Source of the DNA: Candidatus Cloacimonadales bacterium
GTDB taxonomy: Bacteria > Cloacimonadota > Cloacimonadia > Cloacimonadales > JAFGVF01
NCBI GenBank assembly: GCA_963677495.2
Contig: CAXXOU010000001.1
Coordinates: 448,001 to 512,000, forward strand
Direction of reading: 5' to 3'
DNA length: 64,000 nucleotides
The notes below the pieces were generated by a model. That model made no database searches. It was given only the letters and a program-made list of their open reading frames with translations, and was not told the origin of the DNA. Below are positions 20,477 to 28,586 of this stretch, in pieces. The position numbers and the translations under genes were made by a program. How positions within the stretch are numbered: position 1 is the stretch's first letter; each line of letters begins with the position of its first letter.

Positions 20477-21952
20477 ATGATTGGAGTAGAAGTGTATCAT
20501 TCAATAAAAACTATGCATAAGCAAGGGCATAGTCAGCGTAAGATCGCAGAGGAGTTGTCTCTATCAAAGACAACAGTAGGTAAATACATAAATATGACAC
20601 TTGATGAGTTCATGGAACTAATAAACAATAGCATTCGTGAAAGCAGTTTTGCCATATGTGAGCAATATGTCCGCGAAAGGCTTAGCAAATATCCACGATT
20701 AAGAGCTAGTGTACTATATTTAGAAGTTAAGAAAAAGTTCCCTGAGATAAAAGCAAAAGACAGAGCTTTCCGAGATTTTGTTCGTAAGCTAAAGCAGACT
20801 TATCCTGTCGATAAATACCGTAATTATGCAGTAATCGAGACGGCTCCCGGTGTTCAGGTTCAAGTTGATCCAGGTGAGATGAAAGTAGTTTTGGGTAATA
20901 AACGTCAAAGAGTTTATTTTATAGTTTTTGTGCTTTCCCACTCGCGTCAAAGCTATGTCCATTGGAGCACAACACCATATAACACATCAAGGTTTATTGA
21001 AGCTCATCGTGAAGCTTTTATCTATTTTGAAGGTATCCCTTCAGAGTGTGTTTACGACCAGACAAAGCTTGTAGTAATACAGGAACGCTATCGGGAAGTA
21101 ATCTTAAATAATCAGTTCCATCAGTTTGCAGCAAAAACGGGCTTTCATCCTCATGTATGCGAAGGCTATGATCCACAAAGCAAGGGTAAAGTAGAGCGTA
21201 ATGTCTCAGAAGTAAAGCATGGCTTTATGTATGGCAAAGAGTTCAAAGACCTGGCAGACCTGCGTTCACGCGGACTTGAGTGGCTTTTACACTTTAACGG
21301 CAGAACCCATGGCACAACCCGTAAAGTACCATCAGAAGTATGGCAAGAAGAGAGGTTAAAGCTAAAAGATATTCCAGAGTTTATCTTCACTTTAGAAGTT
21401 CGTAATGCAGATAAAACAGGCTTAATCTCGTATGAGGGTAATAAGTACTCTGTTCCATTAGAGTATCAGCGAAAACAGGTATATGTGCAAAAAGAAAAGA
21501 GCACTTTAGTGGTGATGGATATTTATACAAGAAAGGAAATCTGCCAACATGAGCTATGCACAGAAAAAGGCAAAATCATCAAAAACACTAATCATTATCG
21601 GGATTTTACGGTAGTGCTACAAGAGCTTATTGAGCGAGTAAAGGATGAGATGAGTGAATATATCCAAGGAGAAGAACTAATCCAGAGGCTTGTTAATGAT
21701 AACCCTAAAATAGCAAGGGATCAGTTGAGAGCCTTAAGCAAGTTTAAGCGTAACTATGAAACAGATGTATGGGAGTCAGTGCTTCCTGAGGTAATGACTC
21801 TTTCGCATGTAAAGGCAACAGCCATAGAGAAGCTTCTGAATGCAAAAGTAAGACAAATGAAGCTAAATGAATTATCAGAATCAGAACCACAACAAGACTC
21901 AGAGAGTTCATTAATAGAGCGCTCATTAGATGACTACATGAAGGTGTTATAA
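20477..21952 (+). CDS. istA: IS21 transposase
   Basis: N-terminal HTH (SQRKIAEELSLSKTTVGKY); DDE core QVD, YDQTK, PQSKGKVE; YSVP motif. Confidence 0.95.
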   Translation: MIGVEVYHSIKTMHKQGHSQRKIAEELSLSKTTVGKYINMTLDEFMELINNSIRESSFAICEQYVRERLSKYPRLRASVLYLEVKKKFPEIKAKDRAFRDFVRKLKQTYPVDKYRNYAVIETAPGVQVQVDPGEMKVVLGNKRQRVYFIVFVLSHSRQSYVHWSTTPYNTSRFIEAHREAFIYFEGIPSECVYDQTKLVVIQERYREVILNNQFHQFAAKTGFHPHVCEGYDPQSKGKVERNVSEVKHGFMYGKEFKDLADLRSRGLEWLLHFNGRTHGTTRKVPSEVWQEERLKLKDIPEFIFTLEVRNADKTGLISYEGNKYSVPLEYQRKQVYVQKEKSTLVVMDIYTRKEICQHELCTEKGKIIKNTNHYRDFTVVLQELIERVKDEMSEYIQGEELIQRLVNDNPKIARDQLRALSKFKRNYETDVWESVLPEVMTLSHVKATAIEKLLNAKVRQMKLNELSESEPQQDSESSLIERSLDDYMKVL

Positions 21953-21953
21953 G

Positions 21954-22685
21954 ATGATAGAGATAACTAAAACATACATCAAAAGGGCTCGTTGTACTCA
22001 TATTTTGAATACTCTTGAAAGTGCAGTTTTAGAAGCAGAGAAACAGAATATGACTTATCTGGAGTTCGTACATTATCTATTTGAAAAAGAGAACTCAGGA
22101 AGGAATCAAACCAATATCAACAGAAGACTTAAACAGGCTCACATCCCGGTAATAAAGACCTTTGATGAGTTCGACTATGCTTATCAACAAGTAATAACCA
22201 AAAGACAAGTAAAGGAGTGGAAGAACTTTGTCTGGCTGGAGCAGAGGAGGAATATAATTTTAATGGGACCTCCGGGAGTAGGTAAGACTCATGTTGCAAC
22301 AGCACTCAGTTATGAAGCAATAAAGGCAGGCTATAAGGTGGTGTTTTATAATCTGAACAACCTTATCGAAGAACTTGTACTAGCTGAAGCAGATAACAAC
22401 ATAGATAAATATCTAAGCAATATAGCCAAGAATGATCTGATAGTTATAGATGAGATGGGGTATCTTCCTCTCCAGACAAAGGCAGCTAATCTGTTCTTTA
22501 GACTCATCCATCTCTTATACGAATTTAGATCAGTAATCATAACATCGAATAGGTTGTTTAATGAATGGGGAGCTATTTTTAACGACAATGTGATAGCAAC
22601 TGCTATTCTTGATAGATTACTCCATCACTCACAACCAATTACAATGCTCGGAGACAGCTTTAGACTAAGGAATTTTCAAAAATGA
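21954..22685 (+). CDS. istB: IS21 helper AAA+ ATPase
   Basis: GPPGVGKTH; LIVIDEMGY; ITSN; AILDRLLHH; GDSFR. Confidence 0.95.
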   Translation: MIEITKTYIKRARCTHILNTLESAVLEAEKQNMTYLEFVHYLFEKENSGRNQTNINRRLKQAHIPVIKTFDEFDYAYQQVITKRQVKEWKNFVWLEQRRNIILMGPPGVGKTHVATALSYEAIKAGYKVVFYNLNNLIEELVLAEADNNIDKYLSNIAKNDLIVIDEMGYLPLQTKAANLFFRLIHLLYEFRSVIITSNRLFNEWGAIFNDNVIATAILDRLLHHSQPITMLGDSFRLRNFQK

Positions 22686-22780
22686 AGACTGTACCATTTT
22701 TAAATGCCAAACTGTACCAATTTAAAATGCCATTGACACATTTATTGCCCTTTTTACTCTCTTTTACTGCTCTGTCCATC

Positions 22781-22887
22781 AACGCACTGTGCTCCCACTG
22801 TGCACGCACTGTGAAGGCACTGCCAACCCACTGTTTCACTGGGTGCACAGTGCGTGCACAGTGAGAAAACAGTGGGATGATTGCGTT
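22781..22887. repeat. 11-bp-period fold-back array B (core CACTG/CAGTG)
   Basis: CACTG at 22785, 22796, 22807, 22818 and 22829; CAGTG at 22848, 22859 and 22870. Confidence 0.9.
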
Positions 22888-22975
22888 TTGATAGATGGGT
22901 TACAGATAGAGTGAATCAACTACGAAGATGCAACTTGCAAGATGACATAGGAAGAAGTGATTCACAATGAAGTGG

Positions 22976-23116
22976 GAATCGCTAATTCCGATAATTTGAA
23001 GTCAGGTTCGTTCTCCATCAAGAACCTTCGCATAAAGCTACGGCTTCTCAAGTGCTAACGCCACAATGCAAGTCCGAGGTTACACTTGAATCGCTAATTA
23101 TGAAATACGAAGCTCA
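22976..23116. repeat. Second structured cassette flanked by direct repeats, with a REP-like hairpin inside
   Basis: GAATCGCTAATT at 22976 and 23088. The interior shares TTCGTTCTC...GCTA.CGC..CAA.GCAAGTCCGAG.TT with 20294-20338. Confidence 0.65.
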
Positions 23117-23244
23117 AAGTTGCGTGGCATGACAAAACCGACAAAGTCGGTTAAATCCATAATCCTAAATACAATTTTAACTTACTTATTGACATTCCTT
23201 GGATTTATTTTAATTCTTTGCAATATAACAAAATAAAGTAGGAT

Positions 23245-24309
23245 GTGATTATGAAAACTATAGAAAGATTGAGTCAATTAACCCAACTTGAAAACACACT
23301 GATACTCTATTATCACTCAACTTCTGAAGAACTGTTTTATCCATATATTACTGTCTTGAATTCAGACAAGTTAGTACTTGATGAAGTTTTTAAGAAACTA
23401 TCCCCACACTTAAATGGGTGGATTAAGGGACATTTAGTCAGGGTTGAAAAGGATAACGGGTTTCTTGATATCAACGAAGCTGAAGCAAAGATAAACGATT
23501 TCTTAGACAATAAGCTTCAGAAAGAGCTTGAGTTTGCCCAAAGCAAAAACAAAGAAGCGAAAGATAAGTGTCTTGAATACCGAAAGTTTATGCGTTCTGA
23601 TTATGGTGAAGTTGAATACTCTATTCCAGACCAGATGTTGGGAGTCCCAATGCCACCTTTCCAAAAGCCATATCCTGAAGATGCTACTCTCATTGAGCTC
23701 TCAAAACCGGATAGATCCATCTTCAAGAAAAGCAATATCTATGATTGTATAGTTGAACGAGAGAGCAGGCGGAAGTTCAAAGACGAGGCATTATCTCTTG
23801 AAGAGCTATCAATGCTATGCTTTACAACTCAAGGTATGCGGGGAAAACAGGCTCATGGTCGCTGGCACTTCCGTACAGTGCCGAGTGGTGGTGCAAGACA
23901 CCCTTATGAAACCTATCTTGCAGTTACGAAAGTAGAGGGATTGAAGTCAGGTGTTTACCGCTATCTGCCCATTGAGCATAAACTCCTGTTTATGTTTGAA
24001 GTGGAAGAGAAAGAACTACGAAAGAAGATTACCTATTTTAGCGAAGGACAACAGTTTGCAGGTGAAGCATCAGTAACATTCATCTGGAGTTGTGTTCCAT
24101 ATAGGACTGAGTGGAGATACTCTTCCATGGCAAGAAGAGATCTGCTATTAGAATCAGGACATATCTGCCAGAACTTGTACTTATGTGTAGAGGGACTAGG
24201 TCTTGGAACCTGCTCTATACTCGCTTTCAAGCAGGAATTAGATGATTTTCTCGGGTTGGATGGGGTTAATGAACTTGTGACTTATATCAGCCCGGTTGGA
24301 AGGTATTGA
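23245..24309 (+). CDS. SagB/ThcOx-type nitroreductase-family protein with an N-terminal extension
   Basis: RESRRKF; RTVPSGGARHPYE; LESGHICQNLYL. Confidence 0.88.
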   Translation: MIMKTIERLSQLTQLENTLILYYHSTSEELFYPYITVLNSDKLVLDEVFKKLSPHLNGWIKGHLVRVEKDNGFLDINEAEAKINDFLDNKLQKELEFAQSKNKEAKDKCLEYRKFMRSDYGEVEYSIPDQMLGVPMPPFQKPYPEDATLIELSKPDRSIFKKSNIYDCIVERESRRKFKDEALSLEELSMLCFTTQGMRGKQAHGRWHFRTVPSGGARHPYETYLAVTKVEGLKSGVYRYLPIEHKLLFMFEVEEKELRKKITYFSEGQQFAGEASVTFIWSCVPYRTEWRYSSMARRDLLLESGHICQNLYLCVEGLGLGTCSILAFKQELDDFLGLDGVNELVTYISPVGRY

Positions 24310-24331
24310 TCTAAATGGATTATTAAAAAAT

Positions 24332-24361
24332 AGCAGACAATCATGAAATTGATTGTCTGCT
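24332..24361. terminator. Bidirectional terminator hairpin
   Basis: AGCAGACAATCA-N6-TGATTGTCTGCT between convergent genes. Confidence 0.8.
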
Positions 24362-24377
24362 TAGGTAAGCTTTTAAA

Positions 24378-25427
24378 TTAACTTTGAGCTATCTCTTTTG
24401 ATATAGATTTTCGTACACTTTTAAGACAGTTATTCAAATACTTTAGTGAAAGTTTTAGTGCTCTAATTTTTTTACTATTCCTTTTTGGATCAAGGGTCAA
24501 CTGATTGAGCTTTTGATCAACAGAGCTAATAAAACTAATCAATGCCTTAAGGATTTGCTTTTGTGTCTCTGGGTCTTTCAGTTTTGGAATAACAACTTCT
24601 TTCACAAATACATCTAGCTTTGATGCCATGAGCAGTGTTGCATTAGGTGAATTTGCTACAAGTGTCCCAACTGCAGTTCCTCCTGCTATACCAAGAATCC
24701 CTCCTGTTGAAACTAGCACAGTTATTCCGCCAGCCATTCCTGTTCCTCCCGCTACTAATGCCCCACCACCGATAGCTGCAAGTCCTGAAGATATTGCTGC
24801 AGCACCAGTTAATCCTTGAGCAGCAAATAATACTGCTATTTCTGGGGCAGCTGCACCAGCAGTAAGAGCAATAACGATACCTGAAACTATAGCTGAGATG
24901 GCTATAGTTGTTGATTTACCAGAAATATTCATATATGCTTTCTTAAATCGTTTCTTATACAGATTTAAAATCTCATCATCAATTCCTAAAGCTCTGGAGA
25001 AAATGTTAATATATTCAGTGTTAACTCGATATGATAGTTTATTAAATTTATTCGAGTTAGTGTTTTGATTTTCTTTGTTCAACTGAAAGAATGGTCTAAA
25101 GAAAAAAGCCTCAAGTATAATCAGGTAACTATGGCTTAAGTGAGAAGTTTTAGAACAAAGGTTGCTTAAGTATTGCTGTAGTTCAATATCGTCGGTAATT
25201 AATGTAGTTTTACATATATTTGAGCCTTTATTAAGAGGTCGTAATACAAGATTTTTCCATTCATCTAACCATTTAAGTTTCATTTGTCTTTTTTCTGCAT
25301 TTTTATCTCTCAAAATGGAATGCTTAGTAATACAATATTCAATGCTGTACAAAGCTTTAATCCATTCATTAGGTAACTGAAATATTTCCTGTAAGTTATC
25401 AACTGTCTCAATCTCTTTTTCTTCCAT
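24378..25427 (-). CDS. Hypothetical protein with a long Gly/Ala-rich hydrophobic (glycine-zipper-like) segment
   Basis: GLTGAAAISSGLAAIGGGALVAGGTGMAGG between charged helical regions; RBS AGGAGG. Confidence 0.7.
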   Translation of the reverse strand: MEEKEIETVDNLQEIFQLPNEWIKALYSIEYCITKHSILRDKNAEKRQMKLKWLDEWKNLVLRPLNKGSNICKTTLITDDIELQQYLSNLCSKTSHLSHSYLIILEAFFFRPFFQLNKENQNTNSNKFNKLSYRVNTEYINIFSRALGIDDEILNLYKKRFKKAYMNISGKSTTIAISAIVSGIVIALTAGAAAPEIAVLFAAQGLTGAAAISSGLAAIGGGALVAGGTGMAGGITVLVSTGGILGIAGGTAVGTLVANSPNATLLMASKLDVFVKEVVIPKLKDPETQKQILKALISFISSVDQKLNQLTLDPKRNSKKIRALKLSLKYLNNCLKSVRKSISKEIAQS

Positions 25428-25458
25428 ATATTCCTCCTGTTTAGTGATTTTTAGTATT

Positions 25459-28400
25459 CTACTTCATTAACACCATTTTCTTGGTTTTAGTATATGTTCC
25501 GGCTTTAAGCTTGTAGAAATAAACACCACTTGGTGAATCTGTAGCATCCCAAACAATACTGTGTTTGCCTTGATTCATCTCCTCATTAACCAATGTTTTG
25601 ATATGCTGTCCCTTCACATTGTAGATATCCAATTTAACTTTCCCATAATCTTTAATATCAAAATGGATTGTTGTGACCGGATTAAACGGGTTAGGATAGT
25701 TGTTGTTAAGTTTGGTTTTTAACATAGGTAGTGAGTCTGAAGAATCATTTGGATTGGCAGAATTAATGTCAATTACTACATCATCCAACATCAACATGTC
25801 TCCATCGAAGTTCAGATGTTGAAAGCCTAATCTGATATTATCTGATTCAATGTTTTGAACCGTTACTGAATACTCCACCCAGTTATCAGATAAGAGTATA
25901 GCATTTTCTGGATTAACTATTATGAAATCGGTCGGATCAATACTGCCATCAGACATACCTACTCTTATATAGTCATCAAACATCTCATCAGTGAGTGTTT
26001 TAGCTTTGAATGTAACTGTTACCTCAGGCGTGTTGTAATCTGTCAGGTCAAAATTAGGAGTAATAACCCAGTTGTTGCTTTCACCTCCAACAGCATTGAA
26101 ACTAGCAAGATACTTGCTTCCTCTGAACGCTAAACCACTTGTCAATGGTGGAGTTGTTGCAAGTGGATTGAAAGCTATAAACGCCATTTGATTTTGCTCA
26201 CCCGGGAAGTCAAAATTAGCAAAATCTATTGTAGCTTCTGCATCTATATCGACGTTCTCCCAGTTGCCTATTGTACTACTAAAATCCTGATAGTTCTCGA
26301 AATCATCATAGAAAGTTGGAGTATCCATTTGAGTATAGGTTACAACAATAGAGTCAGTCAAAACACTTTCAAGATAGTATTCTTGATCGATAAAGGATTG
26401 AATTCTGTATTCGTAAGACTGATTCAAAACCAGATTATCAGGTGTGTCCAAATAGTTATGATACAGAATAGGAGTTGAATTCAATTGAACTCCATCTCTA
26501 AACACATTGTATGATATGCCGGCATCAGAACATCCGATTGGTGCATCCCAACCAATAAGTACACCTCTAAAGTCACTATGAAGTTCGAAGTCAGATGGTT
26601 GTAACATCTCGGTTAATGGAGTTGCTTCAATAGAAACAAAATAGTCACCAACTACACGCGTTGCCGGTTCAGAATATTCCTTCACACGAAGGTAATAGTA
26701 TCCACTTTCTAAGAGAGTATACTCCAATAAGGCGTCATTTCCATAATCACTAAGAATGAAGTGAGCATCAGTGACAGAATCGTTTGCATTTGGGGTCGGT
26801 CCATAGAGGTAAGTTGAAAGTTCCAATCCTGATTCATCACTCGTAACTTGAGCATTTATTTCAACAGGTGCATTAATATAGCACATATACCAGTCTTCAT
26901 CATTATCAGGATAGATTATCTCTTCCTGTTGCATGTACGGAAGAGTTACTTCAAGAGCTGTTTCAGAGGAATCATTGTTATCAGGTTCAATTGTACCAAT
27001 CAATGTGATATCATCAACCATTAGCATTAGCCCATTTGTAGTAACATGATGAATAGCAAATCTAATCTCCTGCCCAACATAGTCCTGCAATGGTAATGAA
27101 TAATATGTCCAAGCATGAGGAACATCAATTGGATTGTCCCCACTAATAACTGTAAAATCATCCGGATCAGTACTTCCGGTTGATATGCAGAACTCAACCT
27201 GCTCCATTCCAGTTTGATTTAGATAAGAACTAAGGTATAAATCTAAATATGGATCCTGTTGCTCGTCATTAACATCTGGATCTAGGATAAATGAATCAGA
27301 AATCAGCCAGTTGTCACTTGCTCCAACTGCACTGGAAAAAGCTGCAGCATACTGTGTACCACTTCTTGGGGCTGCATTTAGAAGTTGTGGAGTTGCAGAC
27401 ATTGGCTCGAATATCATAAAGGAACCTGGGTTGTTCTCTCCGGGGAAATCATGTTGATCCCCAAAACCTACAGTAGCTTCTCCATCACCATCAACTGTAA
27501 GCCAATCATCCCAAACGGTAGCAAAAGCTGTATATTCTTCAAAGTCTTCATATATTCTTGGAATATCCACTTCTTCAAATGTTAGTACTAATGAATCACA
27601 TGGTTCACTCTCCATAATCACAGGGTTTAGAACATATGATGTTATTTTATATTCAAAGCTGCTTCCATATAAAGAAGTATCTAGTTCATCAAGAAAATAT
27701 GTATTACTTTGTGAATTGGAGTTAATCTGTATATCATCTCTAAAAACTTTGTAGAATACGTTTTGAGTGTCTGATACTTCATCCCAGAAAATATCTATTC
27801 CTCTATAAGTTACATAACATTCCATGTTAGCTGGAGAAGATGGATTATCTCTTGTTATGAAAGTCCAAACCGGACTATTAGATACTTCTCCCCAAGAGTT
27901 ATATGGAGTTATACTCCAGTAATAGACTTGTTCTAGAGCTAACTGATCTGTTGTATAGGTATTTACATCTCCTAAATCAACCATGTTTAAAATATTGGTT
28001 GGAGGATTGTCAGTCCCCAGTGAAATCTTATAACCATCGTTTCTGTCTAATTGATCCCATTCAAATTGAACCGGAACTGTAATTCCTATAGCATCTTCAA
28101 GAGGATAAACAGGGGGTACAATCAGAGGGTAAGGATTGGGATTACCACCTAACATTAGCGGGGTGAATGTTGGATCCCAGGTATCGAAACCACCATTATC
28201 AGTTAAGGTAATATCTACTTGCAGCTCATCTCCTGATGAGATTTGCTCTAAGTTGATGGTTACAACCTGACCGGGAGCCCATGGGGCCATAAAGTCAGCA
28301 CACTGGACTTGCAACATGGACATACTACCATGTGGTCCGGCAATAGATGGGAAATATGTTGTGCTTAGTGATGTAGTCTCATTTAATATGTCGTTAGGGT

Positions 28401-28551
28401 AGTCGTTTAATCTTACTGCTGACCATAACAAATCTTCCTCAGCAACCGTGTTTCCTGTAGAATCAACAAAGCCTACTATTGCAGTATGAGGTTGAGCTAC
28501 AATAACGGTAACAGCCAACAATAGTAAAAAAATCAAAACTTTCCTTCTCAT
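25459..28551 (-). CDS. Secreted protein with two FN3 + cleaved-adhesin modules, a PPC-like domain and CTD
   Basis: Signal peptide; two EDFE...W..vDgDge...DNWLI modules; CTD; RBS GGAGG. Confidence 0.82.
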   Translation of the reverse strand: MRRKVLIFLLLLAVTVIVAQPHTAIVGFVDSTGNTVAEEDLLWSAVRLNDYPNDILNETTSLSTTYFPSIAGPHGSMSMLQVQCADFMAPWAPGQVVTINLEQISSGDELQVDITLTDNGGFDTWDPTFTPLMLGGNPNPYPLIVPPVYPLEDAIGITVPVQFEWDQLDRNDGYKISLGTDNPPTNILNMVDLGDVNTYTTDQLALEQVYYWSITPYNSWGEVSNSPVWTFITRDNPSSPANMECYVTYRGIDIFWDEVSDTQNVFYKVFRDDIQINSNSQSNTYFLDELDTSLYGSSFEYKITSYVLNPVIMESEPCDSLVLTFEEVDIPRIYEDFEEYTAFATVWDDWLTVDGDGEATVGFGDQHDFPGENNPGSFMIFEPMSATPQLLNAAPRSGTQYAAAFSSAVGASDNWLISDSFILDPDVNDEQQDPYLDLYLSSYLNQTGMEQVEFCISTGSTDPDDFTVISGDNPIDVPHAWTYYSLPLQDYVGQEIRFAIHHVTTNGLMLMVDDITLIGTIEPDNNDSSETALEVTLPYMQQEEIIYPDNDEDWYMCYINAPVEINAQVTSDESGLELSTYLYGPTPNANDSVTDAHFILSDYGNDALLEYTLLESGYYYLRVKEYSEPATRVVGDYFVSIEATPLTEMLQPSDFELHSDFRGVLIGWDAPIGCSDAGISYNVFRDGVQLNSTPILYHNYLDTPDNLVLNQSYEYRIQSFIDQEYYLESVLTDSIVVTYTQMDTPTFYDDFENYQDFSSTIGNWENVDIDAEATIDFANFDFPGEQNQMAFIAFNPLATTPPLTSGLAFRGSKYLASFNAVGGESNNWVITPNFDLTDYNTPEVTVTFKAKTLTDEMFDDYIRVGMSDGSIDPTDFIIVNPENAILLSDNWVEYSVTVQNIESDNIRLGFQHLNFDGDMLMLDDVVIDINSANPNDSSDSLPMLKTKLNNNYPNPFNPVTTIHFDIKDYGKVKLDIYNVKGQHIKTLVNEEMNQGKHSIVWDATDSPSGVYFYKLKAGTYTKTKKMVLMK

Positions 28552-28586
28552 TAGTTCCTCCAATTTTGTAATCTTGTCTATTTCAT

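Larger units (their letters stand above)
20379..22738 (+). mobile_element. Complete IS21-family insertion sequence (2360 bp)
   Basis: TGTCAATGGCA...TGCCATTGACA termini; duplicated subterminal TGGCA-N9-TGGTACA-like motifs at both ends; 7-bp target duplication CATTTAT (20372-20378, 22739-22745); istA-istB. Confidence 0.97.

Noticed and set aside
22660..22864. Short ORFs 22660-22848(-) and 22682-22864(+)
   Set aside because: They overlap the IS21 right end and array B and are by-products of repeat sequence.
23245..24309. RiPP (azole) biosynthetic cluster suggested by the SagB-like gene
   Set aside because: No YcaO, precursor peptide or transporter adjacent; stand-alone SagB-like nitroreductases are common.
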